Positions 12,001 through 17,387 of a stretch of DNA of 46,425 nt are shown here, piece after piece. The position numbers were made by a program, and so were the translations under genes. Within the stretch, counting starts at the first letter, position 1, and each line of letters begins with the position of its first letter. This DNA is from an uncultured Methanosarcinales archaeon (lineage in GTDB: Archaea > Nanobdellota > Nanobdellia > Woesearchaeales > CAZPJY01). The DNA lies in assembly GCA_964587045.1 (NCBI GenBank), contig CAZPJY010000013.1:1-46425 (forward strand). The letters are read 5' to 3'. Below the pieces are notes generated by a model that ran no database searches, had not been told where the DNA came from, and saw only the letters and a program-made list of their open reading frames with translations.

Positions 12001-15000
12001 TGCCATCCTGACAGCGCCTGTCTGGTAGTTCACGCTGAAGATGTCATGCCCGCCGACTGAGAAGTTGCCTCCGTCTACGGCAAGTCCTCCGTCAGCTGAG
12101 AAAGTGCCTCCGACAGAGAAGTCGTTGTCCACGTACAGGCTGCCGTTTATCGCCATGCTGCCGTTTTGGAACAGCGACTGGCCGCCGCCTGTCCCGAAGC
12201 CTCCTGCGACGTCTAGCGACGAGGCCTGAGTGTAGCCTGACGGGCCGACAGAGAACCCGGTCATAGTTATGGTGGAAGGCGAGAAGTCTCCTGACAGGTT
12301 CGCGTCTCCCGCGGTGCTCACGTTGAAGACGTTTGCGACCAGCAGGCTTCCAGCCATGGTCGCGGCTCCTGCGGTGGTTACCTGGAAGTTCGAGCCGCCG
12401 ACCGTCAGTGCTGCTCCCGTGACGTCCAGGCCGTTCCTGGCGTCCAGGTTGCCCGCAACGCTCACAGCGTCAGCCATGAAGGTGGTTCCTCCCTGCGACC
12501 CTAATGCCAGGTTCGCACCAGTCGTGTTGATGCGCGCGAGGTTGTCTGAGTTGTTCGCGTACAGCGCGAGGGCGTCGATTCCGTCTCCCACCTCGACAGC
12601 TGAGCTCAAGGCTGAGGCTCCTGTGATCTGCCTCCCGTCGACGTAGGCGTCCTGCAGCGAGTGGGTTATGTCCTGCGAGCCGTTGACTATCTCCTCCAGC
12701 TTGGTGTCGATCGCGTCTACTGAGGATGTCACGTCCTGCCCGTCCGTGACTACGAAATCTTCTGTGTAAGTCTGGGTGCCTATGGCAGCATCGAGATCTC
12801 CCACTGCGGTCTCGAGATCGTCGTTCTGCGTTATGACATCGGCGCTCGAGTAGGTGGGCATGTCCTCAGAGTTGCTCGCCACTCCCGTGAAGTTCTGCAG
12901 GTTGTCTATCTGCTGCTCCAGGCTCGCTGAGTCTTCTTCTGCTCCGACTCCTGTGCGGGTGTTGAGCTGCGCAATGTCCACACCGTCGACGGTGCCGTCT
13001 AAAACGATGTTACCATTGGAGTCGAGAGTGACGCTTCCGCCAGAGCCTGCCGCGACGAGCACGTCGCCTGCTCCGGTGTTGTTCAGTACGAGCAGCGTCC
13101 CAGCAGCTGAAGCCTCGAGGCGTTCCGCCTGGTCGTCGTTTATGTAGCGGGAGTCGCCGTACTGCTGGCTGACAGCGTCGGTTGCGCCTGTCGCGTCGGC
13201 AAGCCCAGTCATGCGGTTGCCGTTCACGTCCAGCAGGTTGCCCACGTCGGTCGTGCCTGCCGTGACGTTCAGCACGTTCTGGACGTTGAGGTCGCCCTGC
13301 AGGTACGCGTCCGAGGTCACGAGCAGGCTGCCTGTGACGTTGGTCCAGTCAGCTGCGTTGTCGCCCAGCATGGTGTCCCCCTGCACGGTCAGGTCTCCTG
13401 TGACTGTCATATCGCCGTCCTGGGTGAACGGCCCCTTGAACTGAGTCGCGCCTTCCACCACCAGGTCGCCGTCCATCGAGAGGCTTCCGTTCTGGTAGAC
13501 CGTCGCGCCGCCGTATGGCACTCCGGTGTAGCCTCCGCCTACCTGGAATAGCTGGCTTGAGTTGACGCTCACCGCGCCGTCGGTGTCGCTGATCGTGTCG
13601 CCAGACATGACTATGTTCTGCAGCCTTGAGGTGCCGGTCACCGTGAAGTCGTCGTCGACGCGCACCGGACCCGTGTTGTGCACCAAGTCGCCGTCTGACT
13701 GGATCCACAGGTAGTCGGAGTCGATGGTCCCAACCTTGAGGTCCAGCTCGTACTCGCCGCTGGCGTTGAACACCTCGGTGTTGGCGGTCCAGCTGCTCCC
13801 GTTGAAGAAGAGCGCTCCTGAGGTGAAGAGTCCGTTCGAGTCGATCGTGGTGCCGCCGAACGCGAAGCCTCCCTGTATGTTGAGGTCGCCGTCAATAGTC
13901 AGGTCACCGCCGGCCCGCACCTCACCGGTCGCTGCCGTCACGTTGAATGTGTTGCTGACCAGCAGGTCGCCGTTCATGCTGACCTGACCCAGCCCTGACG
14001 CGTCGCCTGACGCGGTTATGTCCCAGTCGTTGCTGTCGATCGCAACAGTGGTCGCCCCATTGCCTACCGTGAAGGCGCCTGTGCCGAAGACGGCGCTGCC
14101 TGTCAGGGTTCCGCCTGTAATAGTGGCGGTATTCACCGTGCCCAGGGTCGCGTTTCCGTCCTGGTCGATTCCCCACGAGCTTCCGCTGATGACAATCGTG
14201 TCAGCCCCGTCACCGAGGTATATGGGGCCAGTGAGGTTGGTCTTGCCGCCGACGTCGAGATTTCCGGAAAGGGCTGCTGATGAGGCTGATAGGCTCGTTG
14301 CGGTTATCGCTCCTGCACTGTCGACGTGGAACTGGTCTGCGCTCCCGGCGTAGAGGTCTGAGGATATTCCTGCCGAGGTCGCATTGACCCACGTGCCTGC
14401 CGCGATGGCCTGCGACACGTCAAGGTCGCCTGTTACGTCAAGGCCGCTTCCTACGGTCGCCGCTCCCGTTATGTCGAGGCCGCCGGTGACAGTGGTCGTG
14501 TCGCCCGACTCGTTGCCTAAGAAAGTGTCGCCGTCGACCCTGAAATCTCCTGTGACGTTGAGGTCTCCGTCGTTTACTACTCCTCCTGTGAAGGTGGTCA
14601 GGCCTCCGACGGTCAAGTCGCCGCCTACGCTCGTGTCCTGGTCTACGGTCAGGCTGTCGGACAGACCCAACGTGCCGTTCGGATACAAAGTCGCACCGCT
14701 ACCCGAGTAGCCGCCGCCAACCTCGAAAGATTGGCTTGCGTTCACGCTGACCGCGCCGTCAGAATCGCTAAGGACGCCGCCGGACAAAGCCACACCGCCG
14801 TCAGCGTATATCACGCCAGCAGAAGCGAGCTGACCGGCAGACACAAGACCGCTGAAAGAACCGGAATCCGCGGTGAGAGCTCCGCCAGTCAGGAAAGCGG
14901 AACCGTCAGTCAGGTTCGCAGCCTGCACGTCGCCAGAAGCGGTCAGGTCAGCGATGCCCGACAGGCTGCCAGAATTGAAAGCCCAATCGCCAGAAAGCTG

Positions 15001-16623
15001 CCCGTCACCAATCGTGTTCTGACCCAAATCAACCGTGCCAACATAAGCAGTGCCAGCAACAGACGCGCTGCCGCTAGTGTTGATCCAGTCAGATGTGCTC
15101 AGGTAGCCGTTCGTTATGAGATTGCCGCTCGGGTCTACAAAGAGATTCTCTCCTGCAACCAGGAGCGACCCTGAGATGTTGCCGTCGCCGTCCACGAGCA
15201 GGCGTCCGTCGATCTCAGCGTCGTCAGTCACGAACAGGTCTGCCGCAGCGTCTGAACCGAAGTCCAGGCCGTGCGAGGTCGAGCCTGTCCCGATGACCAG
15301 GCTTCCTGTCATGGTGTCGCCGGTCTCGTCGACCCAGTCGTCGGTAGCGGCCGTCATGAAGTATGATGAGTCGAGCCCGTCGAGCAGGTCTGCAGATAGG
15401 TTGGTCGTGGTGGTGTTGGACGCGACTACGAACGGCGAGGTGCCGAAGGACTGTACAGACTTCAGGCGGTTGCCCTGCACCAAATTTGTCGCTGTTAAGT
15501 CCTGGACCGCGAATGATGCGGAGTCGTTTAGGTCGTCAGGGTTTACGCTGTCTGATGCGTAGCTGAGGGTGGTAAGCGAGTCGTCAGCGATGTCCGCGTC
15601 GGTGACCGTATCATCCTTTATGTCGGCCGAGGTGATGTTATCATCTTGGATTACGCGGCTGGTGACAACTCCAGTTGCGAAGTCGCCTTCATCAGATAGC
15701 CCTGCGGGAGCGATGTCTGATGAGGTTAGGGTCGCGTCCTTGATATCGTCGGTGGTAAGGTTGTTGTCCTGAACGCTCGAGCTCCAGACCTCGCCCAGGC
15801 CGATGTCCTGCACCTCTATGCAGCCTGAGCAGTTCAGGTCCGCAAGGAGGTTTAAGTCACCAAACATATTGTCGCCGCTCTCGTTTATCCAGTTGTCAGG
15901 TAACGAGTCTAGGGGGACGTCGCTCAGGCCTGAAGCGTTGCCGTATATCACTCCTCCGAACTCGATGTCGCCTGCGACCGTGAGCTCACCGGCAGAGTTG
16001 GCGTAGACTGTGGGCCCGGTGCCGAGCGAGGTGAGGCCGCTGACGTTTAGCGTTCCTGACGTCACCACGTTGCCCGTGTTGTCCGCGACGCTGAATGCCT
16101 CAACTATGATTCCTCCGTTGAAGTCGACGCTGCCGTTGAACACGCCAGTGCTGCTCACGTACAGGTCGTTTCCGGCTGTCATGGAGCCGTCGATGAGGAG
16201 GTTGCCCACTGAGTCGATGGTCGCTCCTGTGCTGCCGTAACCTCCGAGCAGGAAGAGTGCGTCGCCTGCGCCTGGTGTCAGGTTGATGTCAGAGCCTGCC
16301 TCCAACAACATGGGCCCTGAGGCGTCGATGGTGAAGGTGTCCGTGGCTGTGGTCCAGTACATGTCTGCGAAGCTGGTCGATTCTCCCAGCCTGAAGTGCA
16401 GGTCGACCGTGTTGTTGGTGAGGTTGAGGTCCCCCCAGAAGGTGTCGCCCCAAAGGTTGGCGTAGAGCATGTCGTGCCCGGGGTTGGTCCCGTAGTCTAT
16501 AGCTACCGCTAGGTTGGGGGTGCAGGCGAGCAGCGCCACCACGATAACAATGAGCCGTATGATCGACTCATCTGGGCCGCGTATGGCCCATGCGGCGTTG
16601 TCCATTTGCTTGCCTGCTCTCAT
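1..16623 (-). CDS. Giant secreted repeat protein (>=5541 aa, 3' end outside the window); fibre/adhesin-like surface protein
   Basis: ATG at 16623 follows a GGAGGT Shine-Dalgarno (16631-16636). The N-terminus MRAGKQMDNAAWAIRGPDESIIRLIVIVVALLACTPNLAVAIDY has a hydrophobic signal-peptide-like stretch. The same frame still reads sensibly at position 1 (...LTGALTANGQVTLGDD). The ORF track reports no terminated ORF in this frame, which implies no internal stop. More than 20 GGGYGxxGxT-type repeats are present. Confidence 0.93.
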   Translation of the reverse strand, partial: MRAGKQMDNAAWAIRGPDESIIRLIVIVVALLACTPNLAVAIDYGTNPGHDMLYANLWGDTFWGDLNLTNNTVDLHFRLGESTSFADMYWTTATDTFTIDASGPMLLEAGSDINLTPGAGDALFLLGGYGSTGATIDSVGNLLIDGSMTAGNDLYVSSTGVFNGSVDFNGGIIVEAFSVADNTGNVVTSGTLNVSGLTSLGTGPTVYANSAGELTVAGDIEFGGVIYGNASGLSDVPLDSLPDNWINESGDNMFGDLNLLADLNCSGCIEVQDIGLGEVWSSSVQDNNLTTDDIKDATLTSSDIAPAGLSDEGDFATGVVTSRVIQDDNITSADIKDDTVTDADIADDSLTTLSYASDSVNPDDLNDSASFAVQDLTATNLVQGNRLKSVQSFGTSPFVVASNTTTTNLSADLLDGLDSSYFMTAATDDWVDETGDTMTGSLVIGTGSTSHGLDFGSDAAADLFVTDDAEIDGRLLVDGDGNISGSLLVAGENLFVDPSGNLITNGYLSTSDWINTSGSASVAGTAYVGTVDLGQNTIGDGQLSGDWAFNSGSLSGIADLTASGDVQAANLTDGSAFLTGGALTADSGSFSGLVSAGQLASAGVIYADGGVALSGGVLSDSDGAVSVNASQSFEVGGGYSGSGATLYPNGTLGLSDSLTVDQDTSVGGDLTVGGLTTFTGGVVNDGDLNVTGDFRVDGDTFLGNESGDTTTVTGGLDITGAATVGSGLDVTGDLDVSQAIAAGTWVNATSAGISSDLYAGSADQFHVDSAGAITATSLSASSAALSGNLDVGGKTNLTGPIYLGDGADTIVISGSSWGIDQDGNATLGTVNTATITGGTLTGSAVFGTGAFTVGNGATTVAIDSNDWDITASGDASGLGQVSMNGDLLVSNTFNVTAATGEVRAGGDLTIDGDLNIQGGFAFGGTTIDSNGLFTSGALFFNGSSWTANTEVFNASGEYELDLKVGTIDSDYLWIQSDGDLVHNTGPVRVDDDFTVTGTSRLQNIVMSGDTISDTDGAVSVNSSQLFQVGGGYTGVPYGGATVYQNGSLSMDGDLVVEGATQFKGPFTQDGDMTVTGDLTVQGDTMLGDNAADWTNVTGSLLVTSDAYLQGDLNVQNVLNVTAGTTDVGNLLDVNGNRMTGLADATGATDAVSQQYGDSRYINDDQAERLEASAAGTLLVLNNTGAGDVLVAAGSGGSVTLDSNGNIVLDGTVDGVDIAQLNTRTGVGAEEDSASLEQQIDNLQNFTGVASNSEDMPTYSSADVITQNDDLETAVGDLDAAIGTQTYTEDFVVTDGQDVTSSVDAIDTKLEEIVNGSQDITHSLQDAYVDGRQITGASALSSAVEVGDGIDALALYANNSDNLARINTTGANLALGSQGGTTFMADAVSVAGNLDARNGLDVTGAALTVGGSNFQVTTAGAATMAGSLLVANVFNVSTAGDANLSGDFSPSTITMTGFSVGPSGYTQASSLDVAGGFGTGGGQSLFQNGSMAINGSLYVDNDFSVGGTFSADGGLAVDGGNFSVGGHDIFSVNYQTGAVRMAGDSAYVTGSGDARFDGTLDVGQQAAFQQNVDAQGGLNVTGADLTVGGSAFVASTSGAVDMAGDLNVSNVFSVASGTGDTDVSGDLTAGSITMTGFAVSTTGGTNASSLDVASGYTSGGHSLYPNGSLFMGGDLIVDGDLSATNLDVSGGLDVTGGNLSVGGHGIFSVNYQSGAVVAAGGYGVGDGGLLLNGSGSVWMDGSLVVDQDSALMGNVDVSAPSLTGGALDVGGDVNLDGNLNINNNLLASSAGAIDMAGDLNVSNVLNVSSGTGDVDMAGDLTAASITMTGFAVGSSGNTDVLSLDIGGGYGSGATIAADGNISTEGNLVLDGGFINTAGAPLVLNAGAAAPVRVGSSAGAYATGAGDLLVTGSIEVLGSSYLSDLNVSGIQMNNGNLEVLGNLSVLEGSALGTATMPGVGDLNMSGGLHVWGGNIGIGQDATGGNYIDAANFAVDTSGNIVNVNDITAGGWLNTSADAGIGGALYVTGAATANELTAGGSFHVDTSGNVDSVGFITSSDWINTSGSASVAGTAYVGTVDLGQNTIGDGQLSGDWAFNSGSLSGIADLTASGDVQAANLTDGSAFLTGGALTADSGSFSGLVSAGQLASAGVIYADGGVALSGGVLSDSDGAVSVNASQSFEVGGGYSGSGATLYPNGTLGLSDSLTVDQDAIIGGDLTVAGTTTFSSSTVTQGDHNITGDLRVFGNTFLGDDAADWTNITGNVDISDDAHIGGALDVTGNIDANAGLDVDGGDLTVGTSNFVVSGATGDVEMAGDLNVTGGAKVGSVAVPASGSLSVQNDLNVGGTGTFTDLVSANNGLAVSTGHLTVGGNSFNVSPSTGEVYAAGGNFRIDSNANISDVGSITSDGMIVTTGGADIGTTLSVGGATALADSLTVGTGTFFQVDNAGNVIDAGDVVSDGWLNTSGSGAVATDFYVGGGYASGGASILNNGDALFGGDLTVDGSVTFGNIQSGGDMEVGGDLYVNGTSFLGNDASDWTNITGSLNVSGGAHMATLEVLGDADVGGALQVTGAITGSDWINTTGSAGFQALYVGSADQFGVDSSGAVTAASLDTGAGSITTTGTAYLGVVDLGTNTLTDGAMRGDWDMMGFDVTNITTAGIYDLNVGHNVGVQNNLEVNGSVSLGNGDDTVSVDASSLTIDAASIDITGDPQWNISSAGVIQGTQLNIDGLRLDANTVSSTSGDLTLDASSGVLNLGPDDVVLINGGAGSTGATFDQNGNLNISGNLTILGDHLQFNGITLGSTTGFLVENNATFHGPVTIGDGDGDPIRIDSNNFDIWASGNAQFQEMNVSGLWVNDLVRISGGGQMYGLTELNVSNLQLIDSVIRSLNGQNLTLDSADGAVKIAAGDDLEVGGGYGSGGTTLESDGDLYIDGDIYQTSGKVFYSDAIRYNGSVNISDVLRVGVGATGQDNDYLQVDIDGHISDADDPVTIADSMLVQQTLNVTQGIYANGDTIDSSGAYLRLNSQEAQPVAVGTGTLSQATPGQGDLLVRDELEVQGHTYLHGDVYLGNDTGDVVHVGKNDGTGSVNMELEDGALCVGDNGCDASSLSDGEVLIEGNLTVQGTLVASGDTVQNGNMQIQGNLSVGEGTALGTATMPGVGDLNMSGDLHVGGAADVSGALTAGSIRVGSAGTPSDTLDVDGSVDISGAVATGGAFTMGDHAGVDDIYLDSGTGVLNISSPQMTLDSSGNMIVAESLSVDNIQIAMANDNTISTAASDLYLDAASGLVQLGSGDNFAVVGTGYIYDSSDNTVDIGGSDDLNVTGNDVFLGEGQGRVSLNPADDTLRFYTSSGYEAMILGGDTGENNVYVDLSDASGANEFRIRDSGDGIVTRIDSDGNLNTTGSVGIDSSLEVDGTSNLIGNVDVSSPSLTGGALDVGGDVNLDGNLNVNNNLVVSSTGAIDMAGDLNVSDAFNVTAATGDLDMAGDLTAGSITMNGFSVDASGNTDALSLDVGGGNASGGISLFSGGDAGVGGDLVVGGSFTVLGGQSINGGLQVTGGDFSVSGGYGSTGATIYDTNGSAAFDGNVRTDANMYVGTGGYNRVNLGGGDLVVSDQLEVNGVLYADSTVQIADSSNTALTVTGGISAGGGNLLVDSSGGLTSNTWINTSGGAYVGGKILSASGANVYGTIDMNENTITNVSNLYVGSIANDDDTYVTVADDLVVTGLGTSSFANTLNVSGAFNANGPVNLGDGGDSVTIDSSNWGITAAGVGTGFNSWTVDNVQVGTNGDQLIDTSSGDLELDAAGDVMVLTNLNVSGAALDVGSGNFVVTSSNGYADVASPANTGGALDVGGNVNIDGDVTVFGDNVDSSGQNLTLNALSNLPVVIGDNAGEVGEYVSGNGDLLVTGDLEVEGNTFLNNLNIEGVQFSSGNLNVDGYLNVTGGTSLGITNIPGSGDLTVQDELEVGGNARFNGTVGINDMSPDASLDVQGNLLVGGTEGQQFSVDASGHLSDANEALTIDDSLNVTGATRIGDGNDAVFINSGSGSFQLESSGLDVLTTGTITGAAGADIGNTTYEWNEIYLDDSGAIIFGASQDVQLSRIGPNMLQLDDGFNVTGGLEVGNGYDSSGTTIFANGTVGIGGNLKVDGSFVVSGGQTINGGLQVTGGDFTVSNGYGNTGATITDTDGDVLSNGNGTFDDSVKVGTGFDNRVGMEDGAAADLFVSDDLEVDDTAYIEGTLNVYGASNLGDGDDNVVINAGSGQFTLASSGLNVVAGGTITSAAANADLGDTNNEWDQVYLDADGGIYFGDSQDVYLHRNTAGNNMLTLDDSMNITGSLDVGTGNASTGMTIYSNGDFGTVGSGYLEGGLGVGTMPGGTGNIDLSGDLTANSITMNSFSVASDGSVSAQNGLAVSNADFTVDTDRFTVTTGTGAIAIAGGYGDANGGATVDQYGNLSTNSNIVVAGGFVETAGAPLILNSGVANEVRIGDGTPTASQGDGQNDLFVTGDLEVDGTAYINNLDVGGVQMNSGNLAVQGHLNVTQGTALGTAVIPGAGDLNMSGDLHVLGGNIGIGQSATSGNYIDSQNFDVATSGNVVTAGTVTINDNTATALNVVGGAVLGNQPGTDLVDIGADVELNGGICVGSTDDCLPPADGAIHAYVDNSGTPNEATAAGDIYAENDLEIDGSSFLGDNSGDNIYLGNGTNDNVVITDGQWSISGTGDVQTSGTITSTNSGTSLTLTGGISASGTNFVVSNTGGHITGVGNIISDGWVNTTGNMHAATGLHVGEGYGNTGLTADTNGNLNLNGDFQADGSANIGAGSNDYAGTDNGDLHLADDFEVDSNALVQGSMGVGTNPVGPDSGNLIVANNFSAASGTFTVDSSGNARAGGGSGNTGATLFENGNLSIDGDLVVGGTLTTGGQDLSGDLDVGGGYGSGGATIYSGNGSGGFEGNLHTDGAIYVGAGTQSLVDGSAGDVFVSDQLEVNGNAEVDGTLGVDGNLYDISQDALTLDDDLNVIGTTPEITIGDNGQENVMMQFDAQDQDFYVGVPDATDDFEIGTGTTLGSNVRVTVESNGYVGINDTTADATLDVDGTALIGREGLQLAISNDGVLSDVDDSSVTVNDGLTVTGATLLGDGNDAIDLNAGSGQFTLTSSGFNVSSGGTIASASANANIGGTNNEWNQVYLDADGGIYFGDSQDVYLHRNTAGNNMLTLDDSMNITGGLEVGGGYDTSGTTLYSNGSVGVSGNLRVDGDFVVTGTQNINGGMTVTGGNLTVGSGGEFSVNYQNGAVWMADGNAFVTSAGAAELNGGYLYVGANTPTVVDSSGGDLLVSDDLEVDGTMTLQGANAVGTAASIGDGSNYALIYATSGSAAYSSNGANNIEIIAGGNYVTVDDVLNVTGVVNALSDVNIGTLTTLYSDGTADFGGGYGSGNGVSITNSGDIWVDGDIVFQGDVLSADTESFNASMGVEGSLCIGGPGGCTPTAGYGNLDVNGTTDLGATGNELRISNDGYLSDTDDAVTVNDDLSVALTTTLTGALTANGQVTLGDD
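1001..1120. repeat. Near-identical internal repeat (second copy ~3653-3772, diverged third copy ~4308-4420)
   Basis: The string gtgagcatgttgtttccggcggtgttcct(g/a)tgcaggtagacatcctgggaatcgccgaagta occurs twice. It encodes NEW(N/D)QVYLDADGGIYFGDSQDVYLHRNTAGNNMLTLDD. Confidence 0.8.
10000..10460. repeat. 461-bp exact direct repeat, copy A (in frame inside the giant gene)
   Basis: Identical by eye to 14635-15095. The offset of 4635 bp is a multiple of 3, and the antisense shadow ORFs in the track give identical peptide. Confidence 0.92.
14635..15095. repeat. 461-bp exact direct repeat, copy B
   Basis: Identical to 10000-10460; encodes SDWINTSGSASVAGTAYVGTVDLGQNTIGDG...GGGYSGSGATLYPNGTLGLSDSLTVDQD. 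Confidence 0.92.
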
Positions 16624-16645
16624 GGGTCGCACCTCCTGTAGAAGA

Positions 16646-16841
16646 CCTCTGCCATGCCCCCAGCGGGTAGACCGGAGGCATGACAGAGGCATGTCGCCAA
16701 TGTGAAAAATCCCCCTGCCACCCTCCCGGTAGGTAGGCCGGAAGAGTGGCAGAGGTAAGTCGCCAAAAGTGAGAAATCTGCCATGCCCCCAGCGGGTAGG
16801 CCGGAGGCATGACAGAAGTATGTCGCCAAAAGTGAGAATCC
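16646..16841 (-). repeat. Three tandem ~63-66 nt units, each a long hairpin plus a TCACwTTGGCGAC-type linker, in the predicted 5' leader of the giant gene
   Basis: Hairpins lie at 16646-16689, 16712-16755 and 16777-16816. Stems are 16-18 bp on the minus strand with G-U pairs. Loops are UCUACCCG, CCUACCUA and CCUACCCG. Confidence 0.88.
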
Positions 16842-16902
16842 TAAGTATGCCGCTTTGTGTGCAGGTGTCAGAATAGGCGTAGAGGGGTCTCCCCCACCCC
16901 CC

Positions 16903-16928
16903 TGTATATACATACCTCTTTTTTTCCC
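16903..16928 (-). promoter_or_regulatory. Putative archaeal promoter (A-rich tract plus TATATACA) for the giant gene
   Basis: The minus strand reads GGGAAAAAAAGAGGTATGTATATACA. It is the only TATA-like element I see between the RHH gene and the hairpin array, implying a start site near 16880. Confidence 0.5.
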
Positions 16929-16945
16929 TACACTACCCAACATAA

Positions 16946-16962
16946 TGGCGACATACCTCTGT
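16946..16962 (+). promoter_or_regulatory. Inverted copy of the leader-unit motif TGGCGACATACCTCTGT
   Basis: Matches the minus-strand unit motifs TGGCGACATGCCTCTGT, TGGCGACTTACCTCTGC and TGGCGACATACTTCTGT with 1-2 mismatches, in the opposite orientation. Confidence 0.7.
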
Positions 16963-17045
16963 GAAGGACGAATGTTACTGTGTGACTCGGTAAGTATGAG
17001 TTGGGTCGAGCGTCGGCCTAATGAGTTCCCCCCTCGTGGGGCCGA

Positions 17046-17207
17046 TCACTCCTCTTTGATGAATTTCCTTAGGCTGGTGTTTTTCACTGCCTCTCGCATC
17101 ATGAGCTCGACCTTGGAGCTTATCTTCATGCCGTTGCGTTCGCAGTAGCCTTTGAACTCCTCAAAGACGTGCTCGTCGATGGTCATCGAGATCTTTTTCT
17201 TAGCCAT
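17046..17207 (-). CDS. Small ribbon-helix-helix (CopG/Arc-like) DNA-binding protein, 53 aa
   Basis: Below the ORF-track cutoff; translated by hand as MAKKKISMTIDEHVFEEFKGYCERNGMKISSKVELMMREAVKNTSLRKFIKEE. The pattern of beta strand KKISMTID, helix, G, helix is typical of RHH proteins. TATTTAAA lies about 30 bp upstream. Confidence 0.8.
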   Translation of the reverse strand: MAKKKISMTIDEHVFEEFKGYCERNGMKISSKVELMMREAVKNTSLRKFIKEE

Positions 17208-17387
17208 ATTTATCTATATTTCTGGGGTTGGTCCTTTAAATAGGTTTCTATTTTTTACCGGTCTCACCCGAGCATAATTTTACACTCAGGGCAGCATAAT
17301 GAACTACCAGTATAGTCATATCACAATTAACCATTGTGAACGACCGCTGAAAAGGTTTTTTATATACGCTGTTTTACATGCAGCACG

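Noticed and set aside
10000..15095. Classical DGR template/variable repeat pair
   Set aside because: The copies are identical, with no adenine-specific mismatches; both are in frame mid-gene, and no reverse transcriptase is in the window.
1..16623. Prophage tail-fibre gene
   Set aside because: It has a signal-peptide-like N-terminus, and no capsid, terminase, portal or integrase genes are nearby on the visible side.
197..16705. Dozens of short plus-strand and off-frame minus-strand ORFs in the track
   Set aside because: They are shadows of the single giant minus-strand ORF (Pro/Ser/Val-rich antisense translations) with no independent starts or motifs.
16646..16841. CRISPR array interpretation of the tandem units
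   Set aside because: There are no unique spacers (units 1 and 3 are nearly identical throughout), the units are about 65 nt, and no cas genes are present.
16568..17148. ORFs 16568-16810, 16620-16943 and 16855-17148 over the leader
   Set aside because: They are translations of the repeat and promoter region with no SD or family motifs. The unit variation preserves RNA pairing, which explains the region better, although a leader peptide cannot be fully excluded.
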